Part shown: piece after piece, positions 1 to 10,176 of the stretch
Numbering within the stretch: the stretch's first letter is position 1
How the letters are laid out: each line of letters starts with the position of its first letter
Source: a virus
DNA length: 64,000 nt
Reading direction: 5' to 3' (one strand)
IMG/VR virus record: IMGVR_UViG_3300025617_000007
Coordinates: 74,594 to 138,593 of that record
Notes under the pieces: model-generated
Seen by the model: the letters and a program-made list of their open reading frames with translations, nothing else
Database searches by the model: none
What the model was told of the DNA's origin: nothing
Position numbers and translations under genes: made by a program

Positions 1-1
1 A

Positions 2-829
2 ATCGATGAGGTTAAAAAAGTTAAAACAATTATTACCGAAGGAGCGAGTGCGGGTTGTAATAGAAGTCAGGTTCAGAACTATAGAAGATTATTTAATACT
101 AACCCTCAAATTAAAAAGAAATTTATGTTCACCATTATGGACATACTTAAAGAGGTTTTTTCAGAGTACTGGTACGAAAAAAATCAATACGATAAAGGTC
201 AAATGTCAGGGATTTATGATTACGAACAAAAAGGTCGTTCAGTAATTAATAAACTTAACACAAATTACACCGCATTTTGTACTTTAGTAAACGATGTAAA
301 TCAATTTTTAAGAAAATACGGTATAGATGCAATCAATTTTAATAACAAAAATAATCAACAACAAATAAAAGAAGTTGAAAAATTAAATAAATATTTAATT
401 GAGTTACGGTACAGAATATTCGACTCAGAGTCACCCACCTTTAAAACGTTAATGGCAGGTTTAGATAAGACAAATAAATTTGGAGACAAAAGAGAAGTTG
501 ATGCGGTTGTAGGGTTAAAAGATATTTTTAAAACTGATAAGGTAACTAAAGTCGGTGAATTAGGTGGTGTTGATGATATGATAGGTGGAGTTGATGCCAT
601 TGTAGAATTACCTGAAGGGACGAAAACAATGCAAATAAAACCATTTAACAATACCAAAAATACTAATGGGAAGATAACTGTTTTTGGGACTGGTAATGTT
701 AAACCCTACAAAACTGACTATTTAGTTTTTCACAATAACAAATTAGGTACGTTAGTGTTTGAAAACTCTAATACGAAAATTATTGACGGGAGATATGTTT
801 TTGATGAGACATCCCAATACGTAAAGTAA
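2..829 (+). CDS. 5'-truncated protein with PD-(D/E)XK nuclease-like C-terminal motif
   Basis: Frame is open from position 2 (IDEVKKVKTIITEG...), so the gene starts before the window. Motif GGVDDMIGGVDAIV...TMQIKPF resembles D..D..(E/Q)xK. Confidence 0.45.
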   Translation: MDEVKKVKTIITEGASAGCNRSQVQNYRRLFNTNPQIKKKFMFTIMDILKEVFSEYWYEKNQYDKGQMSGIYDYEQKGRSVINKLNTNYTAFCTLVNDVNQFLRKYGIDAINFNNKNNQQQIKEVEKLNKYLIELRYRIFDSESPTFKTLMAGLDKTNKFGDKREVDAVVGLKDIFKTDKVTKVGELGGVDDMIGGVDAIVELPEGTKTMQIKPFNNTKNTNGKITVFGTGNVKPYKTDYLVFHNNKLGTLVFENSNTKIIDGRYVFDETSQYVK

Positions 830-848
830 AGAAATGTTGTTTTCTTAA

Positions 849-856
849 TATTTATA
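849..856 (+). promoter_or_regulatory. TATTTATA motif, candidate phage late promoter
   Basis: Lies 13 nt before the neck gene ATG; the same motif recurs upstream of about 20 genes. Confidence 0.6.
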
Positions 857-869
857 TAGAAAACAAAGT

Positions 870-1982
870 ATGTCAGTAATTAACGAACCTCAAAGAACAA
901 AACTTTACACAAGAGTAAAACACCTTTTAGGTGCACCCATTCGTAGTATAGAAATAGAAGATGAAATGATGGATTCCTTATTGGAATTATCGATTCAAGA
1001 TTATGCACAATACGTAAATGATTGGTTAATTGAATCTCAGTGGACTTCACTCTATGGGATGAACTTAGATGAACAATCTGTAACTCGAGCATTTACTACG
1101 CGTTCTTTAGATTGGGAAACACAATATACTTATGCCTATTCTAAAATTGTCGGATTACAAGCTGGTGGTGACTATGTACTTAAGAAAGACTACATTACTT
1201 TAGTACCTGGACAACAGATATATGAAATACCTAAAGGTCGTGAATTAAATGAACTTTTATGGTTTACACGTGCAGAATTAGATGCGGCTTTCTTTGACCC
1301 ATTTATGGGTGGTTTTGGAGGTATGGGTGGTGTTGGATTAGGTGGAGGTGCTGGATTCTCACAAATGGGTACTACAGGTAATTACTTTGTAACTCCGGCA
1401 TTCGACATTCTACTTAGAATGCAAGACATTAATGTTAAAAGAAGAATCATTTCAGGAGAGTTAACTTATCGTGTTACTGCACTTCCAGACGGTAAAAAGG
1501 CTGTACACTTAATGAATGTTCCCGGTGGAAAATTTGATTTTGGTAATATACAACATAACGAATATAAAGTATGGTATTGGTACTACGAAACTGATGACCG
1601 TGAAGATTGTTTAGCTAAAAATCCTGATATTGTTCGTTTACCTTCAGATATTCCTATTGATGAAATGAAATGGGATGAACTTAATAGTCCCGCACAGACA
1701 TGGGTTAGAAAATGGTTCGTTTCATATGTTAAAGAAACTTTAGGTAGAGTAAGAGGTAAATTTAGTGGTAATTTAAAAACACCTGACTCGGAATTACAAC
1801 TAGAATATGATTCTTTATTAACTGAAGCTAAAGATGAAAAATCTAAGTTATCTGAAGAGTTAACACAAAAACTTGAAAGGTTAAGACCTGAAAAAATGAT
1901 GGAAAGAGAAGCGAATGTTGCTGAAAATCTAAATAAATCATTACAATTCCGTGCTATGCCACGACAGATATATGTAATATAA
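870..1982 (+). CDS. Neck protein, T4 gp13-like
   Basis: VKHLLGAPIRSIEIEDEMMDSLLELSIQDYAQY matches the gp13 N-terminal pattern; C-terminal LGRVRGKFSG. Confidence 0.75.
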   Translation: MSVINEPQRTKLYTRVKHLLGAPIRSIEIEDEMMDSLLELSIQDYAQYVNDWLIESQWTSLYGMNLDEQSVTRAFTTRSLDWETQYTYAYSKIVGLQAGGDYVLKKDYITLVPGQQIYEIPKGRELNELLWFTRAELDAAFFDPFMGGFGGMGGVGLGGGAGFSQMGTTGNYFVTPAFDILLRMQDINVKRRIISGELTYRVTALPDGKKAVHLMNVPGGKFDFGNIQHNEYKVWYWYYETDDREDCLAKNPDIVRLPSDIPIDEMKWDELNSPAQTWVRKWFVSYVKETLGRVRGKFSGNLKTPDSELQLEYDSLLTEAKDEKSKLSEELTQKLERLRPEKMMEREANVAENLNKSLQFRAMPRQIYVI

Positions 1983-1984
1983 TT

Positions 1985-2317
1985 ATGGGTATAATTAAAT
2001 CATACCCTGTTACTAAAATAGTTGCAGGTAAAGAAATTAAAACATCTGATAGTATCTTATGTACTAGTAAGTCATATACCACTAATGGTGAAAGTGCAAT
2101 TGTAATTAAATCTAAAGAAGAGTGTGTGTTAACTTTAGATGAAACTACTACTGACCACGTAACTATTAAAGCAATGTCTGATGTTAAAATCGTTTCTGAA
2201 AAACTCATAGATGATGAGTTTGAAGAAATATTACTTGAAAAATACGCGTCAGTAGAATTACGTTACATTGTAAATAGTTGGTATGTTATGTCGTCTGATG
2301 GTCTAAAGAACTCATAA
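1985..2317 (+). CDS. Hypothetical protein, probably virion-associated
   Basis: 110-aa ORF starting 2 nt after the neck gene. Confidence 0.6.
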   Translation: MGIIKSYPVTKIVAGKEIKTSDSILCTSKSYTTNGESAIVIKSKEECVLTLDETTTDHVTIKAMSDVKIVSEKLIDDEFEEILLEKYASVELRYIVNSWYVMSSDGLKNS

Positions 2318-5117
2318 TCTTAAGATTCTTTTCTACATACTCAGTATCTACTAAATCCATAGTGTCTTCTAGATACATATAGTATGGATTAATTCCGACT
2401 TTATTCCAAAAAGTTACCTCAGTGTCAGAAAGAGTTAATACCTCATCCAAATTATCTTGGTCACCATCTCTACGTGGATATCCTCTAACTAATTCCGTTT
2501 GTGTTTTAGTGAAGAAAGGACGGTCCTTAGGGTCTTCAATTAAAATCTCAGGTCTAATCTCAGGGTCGAAAACTACCAATAGTGGTTCAATACGTTTGTT
2601 AAATGATGCTAAGTAACGAGGAACGTTGTATTCACCTAACATATCAGGTGTCTCAGTAATCATCTTCTCATCCACGTGGTAACAGTTAAGTACAATCTCC
2701 ACACTATCAGGTGGCATCGGTTTACCGTTGTCTACTGCGTATTGTCTCTTCTCAGCTGCAGTTGCATTCCATTTATTTTTCTTTTGTACATCACCGTGTG
2801 ACTTTCTCTCACCATTATTAACATAGTAGATGGTATCACCTAAACCAACAGGTAAGTTGTGTTTAATAGCTAATTCCATATGTGCCTGACGAGACATAAG
2901 TGAACCCGATTTGGTTTTTTTAGTTATATGTTTTTTATACTCCACAATACTTTGTTTTACCCTCGATTTGTTGGCAATCTTAGAGATTGGAATCTGCCTA
3001 TCATAAATCTGTTGAACATAGTCATAGTAGTGTTCTAAGAACTCGTGACCTTTACCATCCAATAACATTCTTAGACCTTTATCCAAAAACTCCGCAACAT
3101 ATGTAGGTAACTTCTTAGACTTAATAGTGTTACCTGTTAGTTTTACTTTTCCTGTGTCGGTAAGAAGAGCATAGTTTTTACGGGCCACGTTAATCGTTGA
3201 CGGCCAAACACCATCAGTATCGAGACCCATCTCACCCCTCATAAAGATATCATTATACTCAGCAACATCAGCTTCAGTACCATAATAGGTTTTACCTTCT
3301 TCAACCAAACCATTAAGTCCCTTACCCACGTAAGTATGTTCTTCACGACCAGGAGGGGATGAGAAGTTCACACCATCCGTATCCATTACTAATGCTTTGT
3401 AACCACGGTCCATAAACCACATAATCATCTGACGTAAGTATTGACGACCTGTACAAGTAATCTGTTCACCCATATCCATATCACCCCATGGAAATACGTG
3501 AGGTGCTGACAATGAACCGAAGAATGCGTTAATAAAAATCTTAATCGGTAACTGTTTACGGTTATATTTCTTAGACTCTTTTGGGTCTGAAGTATAAAGG
3601 TCGGCAGCCAACTTCTTATATTTAATACGTGTGTCACGAAAATGTTTCAACATACTCTTCATTGCACCTGTGACATCACATTTAGGGAATACATCATGAA
3701 CCAACTGAATAGACGGGTATAGTGATGAGTAATCGAGTTTTAGTACATTTGTTGAATAACCTACCGCTAAAAGACGTGATAAACCACCTGTGAATGGTCG
3801 TTTTTCACCTTTCTTAGGGATTGCTAAGTTATGTTTGTAAGACCAAGCAGCCATAATCATTTTCCATAATGTGGCAGTACCCATTGTTGATAGTCTCTCA
3901 TATGTTGTCGGAACTAACTTTGCAAGTAAGAAGTTTGCCTGATTAAACTCCTCATCAACAACCATGGTTTCCCAAATATCATCATATAGGTATCTTTCAA
4001 TAATATAATTACCATTAACTTTTTCATAGTGTCCCGGGTATTTCTCCATAAGACCTTCAGTTCCTGGTGACCCAATTTCTTTATATTTACCCGATTTAGG
4101 GTTGAAGTAATAGTCTTTATTATCAAAATAAATTTTACCAATTTTATCTCCCTCAACATACACACGGTTTTCTTTCTCCGCACCAATAAATTGTGTAATA
4201 TATTTAAGACCCCAACTCTTAATATCTGAGTTGATTGCTTGTGCTCTACGAACTGCATGTGCAATATCAACAATGTTATATCCCCACATCATCGTCTGAG
4301 TATATGGTTCCATTTCATTTGCTAATTTAAGCATACCTTCCTTTTGTCTTAGAGGTCTTTGAGGGTTAAGAGTTTTTGAAATCTTTTTTGGGTCAAGTCC
4401 CAAGATTTCAGCTCGTCTTAATATAAATGGAAAATCAAAGAATGCTGAGTTATAACCACCAATTAGTGTAGGTTTTAAATACGCTATCGTATCAAAGAAA
4501 TCGATTATAATTTTTCTCTCCTCTTCTTCATTTTCGGCAGCAATAACTTTTTCAAAACCTTTATTATCTTTCATTCCGATAAGGAATATTTGACTTTCTT
4601 CAGGTGAAAGACCTGTGGTTTCAATATCGAATACAAAACGGTGAACCTCATCGTATTCATCAAATCCTTTAAATAGTCTTTTATTTTTTTGAACTAAGTA
4701 TTGTTCAGTTGGAGGTAGAATCATTATGTGTTCTGAATTACCCATACCCCATGGGTCTAACCCTCCTGATTTAAAAAAGTTAACTAAGTTGTTGTATGAC
4801 TTAGTTGTTTTAACCATATACTTAAGTCCGTTTTCCATTCTCTCATCACCATGAGTATCTAACTTATCGATAATTATTCCATTTTCGGACATTGCTTGTT
4901 TTTGAGCGGCTTTAGAACCTCTATAGAAGTTAAGACCTCTTAGGTCACCTACCCACGCAAATGGAATGAATGTGTCTGATTTAATTACTTTACCCTGTTC
5001 AGGATGTTGAATTACTTTAAAAATTTTCCCTGATGGATAGTCATATTCTAATGCTACTATGTACTTTTCAGGGTCCTCTCCAGTGAGGAATTCTTCGATT
5101 TCTTTTTGTGATACCAT
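2286..5117 (-). CDS. Family B DNA polymerase
   Basis: Exonuclease motifs FDIETTGL, GYNSAFFDFPF, YLYDD; polymerase motifs LDYSSLYPS, KIFINAFFG, MDTDGV. Confidence 0.95.
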   Translation of the reverse strand: MVSQKEIEEFLTGEDPEKYIVALEYDYPSGKIFKVIQHPEQGKVIKSDTFIPFAWVGDLRGLNFYRGSKAAQKQAMSENGIIIDKLDTHGDERMENGLKYMVKTTKSYNNLVNFFKSGGLDPWGMGNSEHIMILPPTEQYLVQKNKRLFKGFDEYDEVHRFVFDIETTGLSPEESQIFLIGMKDNKGFEKVIAAENEEEERKIIIDFFDTIAYLKPTLIGGYNSAFFDFPFILRRAEILGLDPKKISKTLNPQRPLRQKEGMLKLANEMEPYTQTMMWGYNIVDIAHAVRRAQAINSDIKSWGLKYITQFIGAEKENRVYVEGDKIGKIYFDNKDYYFNPKSGKYKEIGSPGTEGLMEKYPGHYEKVNGNYIIERYLYDDIWETMVVDEEFNQANFLLAKLVPTTYERLSTMGTATLWKMIMAAWSYKHNLAIPKKGEKRPFTGGLSRLLAVGYSTNVLKLDYSSLYPSIQLVHDVFPKCDVTGAMKSMLKHFRDTRIKYKKLAADLYTSDPKESKKYNRKQLPIKIFINAFFGSLSAPHVFPWGDMDMGEQITCTGRQYLRQMIMWFMDRGYKALVMDTDGVNFSSPPGREEHTYVGKGLNGLVEEGKTYYGTEADVAEYNDIFMRGEMGLDTDGVWPSTINVARKNYALLTDTGKVKLTGNTIKSKKLPTYVAEFLDKGLRMLLDGKGHEFLEHYYDYVQQIYDRQIPISKIANKSRVKQSIVEYKKHITKKTKSGSLMSRQAHMELAIKHNLPVGLGDTIYYVNNGERKSHGDVQKKNKWNATAAEKRQYAVDNGKPMPPDSVEIVLNCYHVDEKMITETPDMLGEYNVPRYLASFNKRIEPLLVVFDPEIRPEILIEDPKDRPFFTKTQTELVRGYPRRDGDQDNLDEVLTLSDTEVTFWNKVGINPYYMYLEDTMDLVDTEYVEKNLKIMSSLDHQTT

Positions 5118-5186
5118 AATATTTGTTTTTTCATCTGAGATATTATACTCACATATAGTATGTGATTACTCTTGACATTCAAACAA

Positions 5187-5215
5187 ATAATAATGGATAA
5201 TATAGTTTAAGTCAA
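5187..5215 (-). promoter_or_regulatory. Sigma70-like promoter for the DNA polymerase
   Basis: Minus strand TTGACT-N17-TATTAT, 70 nt upstream of the ATG. Confidence 0.45.
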
Positions 5216-5258
5216 ACTATTGGTTTTGATTTTTTCTACTTATATCTACACCCATAAG

Positions 5259-5612
5259 TTAAATTATGTTTATGTATAAATTATCTTTAATCGGCGCAAT
5301 TAACTCTCCCATTGAGTTCACTATATGAAACTCCCCGATAAACCGACCCTTTTTCTTGGTATCCCTCTTAGACCACTTATAAAAAATGTAATATTCTTTC
5401 GGCGCATCAGGATTTTGTTGTATCTTTTCTGTGATATATGCGTTGTTCATTAATATTTTAGGTATCCCATTACTTTCATCCTTCATAGTAAAACGAATGG
5501 TTGCAGTATCTAAGTCGGCATCAAAAATTTTATTAGAGTTTGTTCTTCCGTCTTTTACTACCTGCATCTTTAAGATGGGTAACTCACTATTTTGTTTAAT
5601 AAAAAATTCCAT
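5259..5612 (-). CDS. Stand-alone BppU-like beta-sandwich domain protein
   Basis: MEFFIKQNSELPILKMQVVKDGR...GRFIGEF is a clear paralog of the N-terminus of the adjacent 1515-aa ORF. Confidence 0.6.
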   Translation of the reverse strand: MEFFIKQNSELPILKMQVVKDGRTNSNKIFDADLDTATIRFTMKDESNGIPKILMNNAYITEKIQQNPDAPKEYYIFYKWSKRDTKKKGRFIGEFHIVNSMGELIAPIKDNLYINII

Positions 5613-5626
5613 ATTCTATAAATACA

Positions 5627-8600
5627 TTATATTAAAGTAACAGTAACATATCCATTACCTGTGTTATAAGTTCCTAAATTGGTGATTGAATTACCACCAA
5701 AAGTTGAACTGTTATTATATTGCCCATCCGTTGTTGATACATTAGTAAGTCCTGATATTAAATAAGAACCAGCACCTCCACCACCGTCAGAACGAGGATT
5801 ACCGTTTCTATATGAACCTCCACCACCGGAGTATCCACCACCACCTCCACCACAGATAGGAGCACCTCCACCAGCACCACCAAATCCACCATCGGAGCCT
5901 TGTGTATGAGTGGAAGAACGTGCCCCTCCACTTAAACCTGCAGAATATGTTCTACCAGCCCCTCCGTCTTGAGAAGTTGCAGCGCCACCTGAAGTACCAT
6001 CACCATTTTCACCGTCAGTTAAGAAACCTGCACCTGAGCCACTATCATATGTGTTTGTAGATACAATTGTACCGTTTGTGTGTGATTCTCCACCATTACC
6101 GTTAGTACCACCAGGGGCACCAAATACTGATGTAGTACCGCTAATATTAGTAACAGCATCATTACCATTATAAAGTGTTCCTGACTCGGAACCATTGTAT
6201 GCTCCATCACCACCACCTCCACCAGCTACGATTAATGGTGTACCACTTAACACAACAAATGAACCACCACCCCCACCAGCTCCGTTATATTGTGTAGCAT
6301 TAACCACTGCAGCCCCTTGTTGTCCGACAATAATCTCAACAACATCACCTCTATTGAAAGAATATCTACCTTTCATTATTACACCTCTACCACCTGTGGA
6401 TGAAGAAGGGTATGTGACTGAGGAGGCTTGTGCACCTGCCACTTCAAACTCGTAAGTTCCTGTTTGTGGAACCGTCCATTCTTGGTAACCATTTGTTGTT
6501 ACATCAAGGTAACTAGTGTTTTGTGTCCACGATTCACCACTATAAGCACTTTGTACTTGGGCTAACGTTGGACCTGTTCTACCTACTAAACTTGCGGACG
6601 TAAATGTAAACGAACTAAATGAATATAGGTTAGTTGGTGTAGTCGATGGTGTTGGTGTTATTGATGGAGTAACGCTATTTGACGGAGTAATACTTGGAGT
6701 TATTGTTGCTGTAGGTGTAATTGACGGTGTTACTGATGGAGTAGCGCTACTTGTAGGTGTTGGGGTTATAGGTGATGATGACGATGAAGGTGTAACGGTA
6801 GTTGTTACCGATGGAGTTGGTGTTGGTGTTATACTTGGACATGTTATAGTTTCAACACTAATATAAACAATGTCACCAATCACCCATTGTGTTGATGCCG
6901 ATTGAACTAACTGTATTTGATTATTACCATCACCTCTAAAGTAATATCCCGTTCCTTCAGTACCTCCTGTCCATCCTCCGTATGGTAAACCTGCGCCTCC
7001 GACATCCTCTAACGTTCCGTCATATATCGCGGTACTACCATTTTGAGAAATCGTCAAACGAACACAATTACCCACAAAAGACGAATAGTAAGAATCTCTA
7101 TCTACACCATTTTCATCGATTGCATTCCAATATATTCCATCCATCTGAGGACCATCATTGAATGAGTTTGGATTAGTAGAGCCACTAGATACGCCACCGT
7201 TACCATTACTAATAATTGTATTACCTGAAGTTGGAACCTGATATGGTGTTGATACTAAATTATAACCATAACCTGTTGTCGGTACTGGCGATGGTGTAAC
7301 TGATGGTGTAATTGTTGGAGTAACACTACTTGTTGGAGTGATAGTAGGAGTTACTGATGGTGTAATCGTTGGTGTTGGTGTGATTGAACTTGTCGGTGTT
7401 AATGAAGATGTCGGAGTAATAGATGGGGTAACGGTAACTGATGGTGTTACACTTACAGATGATGTAGGTGTTACAGTATTTGTTGGTGTAACTGAAACGG
7501 TAGGAGTTACTGATGGAGTTACACTTACTGAACCACTTGGAGTAATTGATGGTGTAGGTGTTTCTGTAGACCTCGGAGTTGCAGACGGTGTTGACGTTGG
7601 TAAAGGAGATATTCCCGGTTGTGCACTCGTATCAAAACAGAACAAGTTTTGTTGGTGACAATTTACTGGTGAGACACTAACAGTTCCCGAAACGTAACTT
7701 ACCCCCACAATCCAATAATCTCCAGGAGAGGCGTTGGTAAAACTGTTTACAGTATACGTGGCAATTTGATTACCTAATTTCACATCTAGTGAGTTACCTG
7801 TTGTTAATGGGAATAAATTATTAATGTCATATCCACTACATAATATATCTGACAAATACCACTCAGTAATCGATGACGGAGTTGCACTATTTGCGTATGC
7901 AACACCTGTTGCTGACGAACTAGGAACTGCTCCCGTTCCGTACCAGTTATAAGGAATACAAATCTCAGAGGACTGAGGTTCCGTTGGTGACGGACTTACC
8001 GTTAACGTAGGTGTTGGAGTTGGTGTTTGTGTTTGTGTTGGAGTTGGTGTTTGTGTTTGAGTTTGTGTTGGTGTTGGACTAACCTCAGGACATGGATAAT
8101 CATTAATACAAGTTGCACAATCACTGTAAGTTTCTTTTACTGCAAGTGGACCACCAGCAGGTGGATTGATTAAAGTTACCTGGTGACACTGATTATTATG
8201 AATCAAGAAATCTCCGACAATGATACTGTCATAAGTTGTTAAAACTACATCTGCACCGTCACAACATCTTGTTGTTGCCGCTCTTGTTAAAACTGATGGT
8301 GTTGATGTTGGTGTAGGTGTTGGTGTTTCTGTCTGTGTTTGTGTCATCGTTGGAGTTGGTGTTTGTGTGTTGGTTTGAGTCACCGTAGCGGTAGGAGTTG
8401 GAGTAGGACAATTACATGTTCCTGATGGTGTTGCAGAGGCGTTACATATAGGTGCATTATTATCTTCAACATATATAGCACATATGACAACAGTATCAAG
8501 TTGATTGACAACTACTGTGGATATGTTATCATCACAATCGGTAACAATAAATTCGGCAGGTGAACCACACGTACCATCACCACCATATAGAGTCCATGTA

Positions 8601-10174
8601 TCACAACATGGCGTAGTTGATGTTGGGGTAACTGACAAAGTTGGTGTAACTGATGGAGTTAATGTTACCGATGAGGTAGGAGTTATACTATTAGTTGGTG
8701 TTATTGACGGAGTAGGTGTGACAGATGCAGTAGGAGTAATTGAAGGTGTAGATGTAGCACTACTAGTTGGTGTGATAGATGTTGTAGGAGTAATTGAAGG
8801 TGTAGGTGTAATGGTCGGTGTTGGAGTAATACTTGAAGTCGTTGTTATACTCGGAGTACTAGTTACTGTCGGAGTAATAGATACACTTGGAGTAATAGTA
8901 GGTGTAGGAGTAACCGACAAAGCAGGACTAACACTTACTGTTGGTGTTATTGACGATGTAGGAGTAACACTTGAAGTTGGCGTAATAGATGGAGTAACAC
9001 TTATCGATGGTGTTACGGTTTGTGTTGGAGTTACCGATGGTGTTGGTGTTACAGGTAATGATGAAGGAGTAACGGTAGTTGTTACCGATGGTGTTGGTGT
9101 CGGTGTCTGAGTTTGTGTTAATGTTGGAGTATTACTTATACCCGCAGTTGGGCTCTGAGTTATCGTTTGAGTCGGTGTCATTGTCACAGTTGCCGTTTGT
9201 GTCAATGTCGGAGTGTGAGTTGGTGTAATAGATGAAGTTGGTGTGTTAGTCGGTGTTAACGATATTGTTGGAGTGTTAGATGTTGTTACGCTTGGTGTTG
9301 GCGTATATGTAGGTGTTACACTCGGAGTTGGCGTGTTAGTTGGTGTAACTGATGGTGTTGGTGTAGTTGACGGTGTTGTACTTACACCTGCGGTTACTGA
9401 CGGAGTAGGTGTTACCGTAACACTTGGTGTGACAGACGGTGTTGAAGTAATTGTTATACTTGGAGTCGGCGTAATAGTTACTGAAGGTGTAATTGAAGAA
9501 CTAGGCGTTATACTTGGTGATGGAGTAATTGAAACACTTGGAGTAACTGAAGAAGTAGGTGTAATAGTTACTGAAGGTGTAACTGAAGATGTGGGTGTGA
9601 TAGACACAATAGGAGTTACTGAAATGGTTGGGGTAATCGAACTGGTCGGAGTGATAGATGGTGTAGGGGTAGTAGAAGTGGTTGGTGTTATCGTAACTGA
9701 AGGAGTAATAGAAATAGTTGGTGTTATCGTTACTGAAGGGGTAGGTCTAGGCGTTTCAGATGGTAATACAATAGCGTCTTGACCCCTATTTGGTTTACAA
9801 CATAAGTCAGGAATACTTATTGAGTCCCTAACATTTATCACTAACTTTTCTCTTAAAGGTAATGTTATCTCACCCTGATTATTTGTGATTTTAAATTCGC
9901 CAATATAACCGCCAGGTTTTCTTGTTTCGTGTGATGATAGTTGATAATAAACATAATAGTCAATATCAGGACTATCTCCGTTAGATTCCTTTACCATTAT
10001 TTGTGCGGCTTTGTTCATAACATAATATCGATTAGTTTCCTCATCTCTCATTGAAAAAGTAATGGTTGAGTTATTTGTTAATTCATCGAATTCGCGAAAA
10101 TCGACTCTGCCGTCCTTTATAATTTGGACCTTAATTATTGGTAATGTGCTATTTTTTCTAATAAAAAATTCCAT
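5627..10174 (-). CDS. Large mucin-like Thr/Pro/Ser-rich virion surface or fibre protein with C-terminal glycine-rich domain
   Basis: BppU-like N-domain, five TP-rich tracts separated by Cys-containing globular segments, and a C-terminal GGGGG-rich domain (GTYEFEVAGAQ...GQQG...GGGGGSFV...LIVAGGGGG) resembling the ALK/LTK Gly-rich fold. Confidence 0.7.
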   Translation of the reverse strand: MEFFIRKNSTLPIIKVQIIKDGRVDFREFDELTNNSTITFSMRDEETNRYYVMNKAAQIMVKESNGDSPDIDYYVYYQLSSHETRKPGGYIGEFKITNNQGEITLPLREKLVINVRDSISIPDLCCKPNRGQDAIVLPSETPRPTPSVTITPTISITPSVTITPTTSTTPTPSITPTSSITPTISVTPIVSITPTSSVTPSVTITPTSSVTPSVSITPSPSITPSSSITPSVTITPTPSITITSTPSVTPSVTVTPTPSVTAGVSTTPSTTPTPSVTPTNTPTPSVTPTYTPTPSVTTSNTPTISLTPTNTPTSSITPTHTPTLTQTATVTMTPTQTITQSPTAGISNTPTLTQTQTPTPTPSVTTTVTPSSLPVTPTPSVTPTQTVTPSISVTPSITPTSSVTPTSSITPTVSVSPALSVTPTPTITPSVSITPTVTSTPSITTTSSITPTPTITPTPSITPTTSITPTSSATSTPSITPTASVTPTPSITPTNSITPTSSVTLTPSVTPTLSVTPTSTTPCCDTWTLYGGDGTCGSPAEFIVTDCDDNISTVVVNQLDTVVICAIYVEDNNAPICNASATPSGTCNCPTPTPTATVTQTNTQTPTPTMTQTQTETPTPTPTSTPSVLTRAATTRCCDGADVVLTTYDSIIVGDFLIHNNQCHQVTLINPPAGGPLAVKETYSDCATCINDYPCPEVSPTPTQTQTQTPTPTQTQTPTPTPTLTVSPSPTEPQSSEICIPYNWYGTGAVPSSSATGVAYANSATPSSITEWYLSDILCSGYDINNLFPLTTGNSLDVKLGNQIATYTVNSFTNASPGDYWIVGVSYVSGTVSVSPVNCHQQNLFCFDTSAQPGISPLPTSTPSATPRSTETPTPSITPSGSVSVTPSVTPTVSVTPTNTVTPTSSVSVTPSVTVTPSITPTSSLTPTSSITPTPTITPSVTPTITPTSSVTPTITPSVTPSPVPTTGYGYNLVSTPYQVPTSGNTIISNGNGGVSSGSTNPNSFNDGPQMDGIYWNAIDENGVDRDSYYSSFVGNCVRLTISQNGSTAIYDGTLEDVGGAGLPYGGWTGGTEGTGYYFRGDGNNQIQLVQSASTQWVIGDIVYISVETITCPSITPTPTPSVTTTVTPSSSSSPITPTPTSSATPSVTPSITPTATITPSITPSNSVTPSITPTPSTTPTNLYSFSSFTFTSASLVGRTGPTLAQVQSAYSGESWTQNTSYLDVTTNGYQEWTVPQTGTYEFEVAGAQASSVTYPSSSTGGRGVIMKGRYSFNRGDVVEIIVGQQGAAVVNATQYNGAGGGGGSFVVLSGTPLIVAGGGGGDGAYNGSESGTLYNGNDAVTNISGTTSVFGAPGGTNGNGGESHTNGTIVSTNTYDSGSGAGFLTDGENGDGTSGGAATSQDGGAGRTYSAGLSGGARSSTHTQGSDGGFGGAGGGAPICGGGGGGYSGGGGSYRNGNPRSDGGGGAGSYLISGLTNVSTTDGQYNNSSTFGGNSITNLGTYNTGNGYVTVTLI
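8610..9765 (-). repeat. Degenerate ~18-bp (6-aa) tandem repeat encoding TP(T/S)(P/S)S(V/I)
   Basis: About 380 aa of TPTPSV/TPTSSI-type units. Smaller tracts near 8290-8410, 7980-8080, 7280-7600 and 6630-6840 (approximate limits). Confidence 0.9.
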
Positions 10175-10176
10175 AG

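Noticed and set aside
5172-5201. Plus-strand TTGACA-N18-GATAAT
   Set aside because: No plus-strand gene follows; imperfect, and likely chance in AT-rich DNA.
6630-9765. Repeat tracts as a CRISPR array or DGR template/variable repeats
   Set aside because: Units are degenerate, codon-phased and lack unique spacers; no cas or reverse transcriptase gene in the window.
7338-9782. Plus-strand ORFs rich in VGVT (7338-7658, 8505-9110, 9243-9782)
   Set aside because: Antisense shadows of the TP repeats in the 1515-aa gene; no independent start signals.
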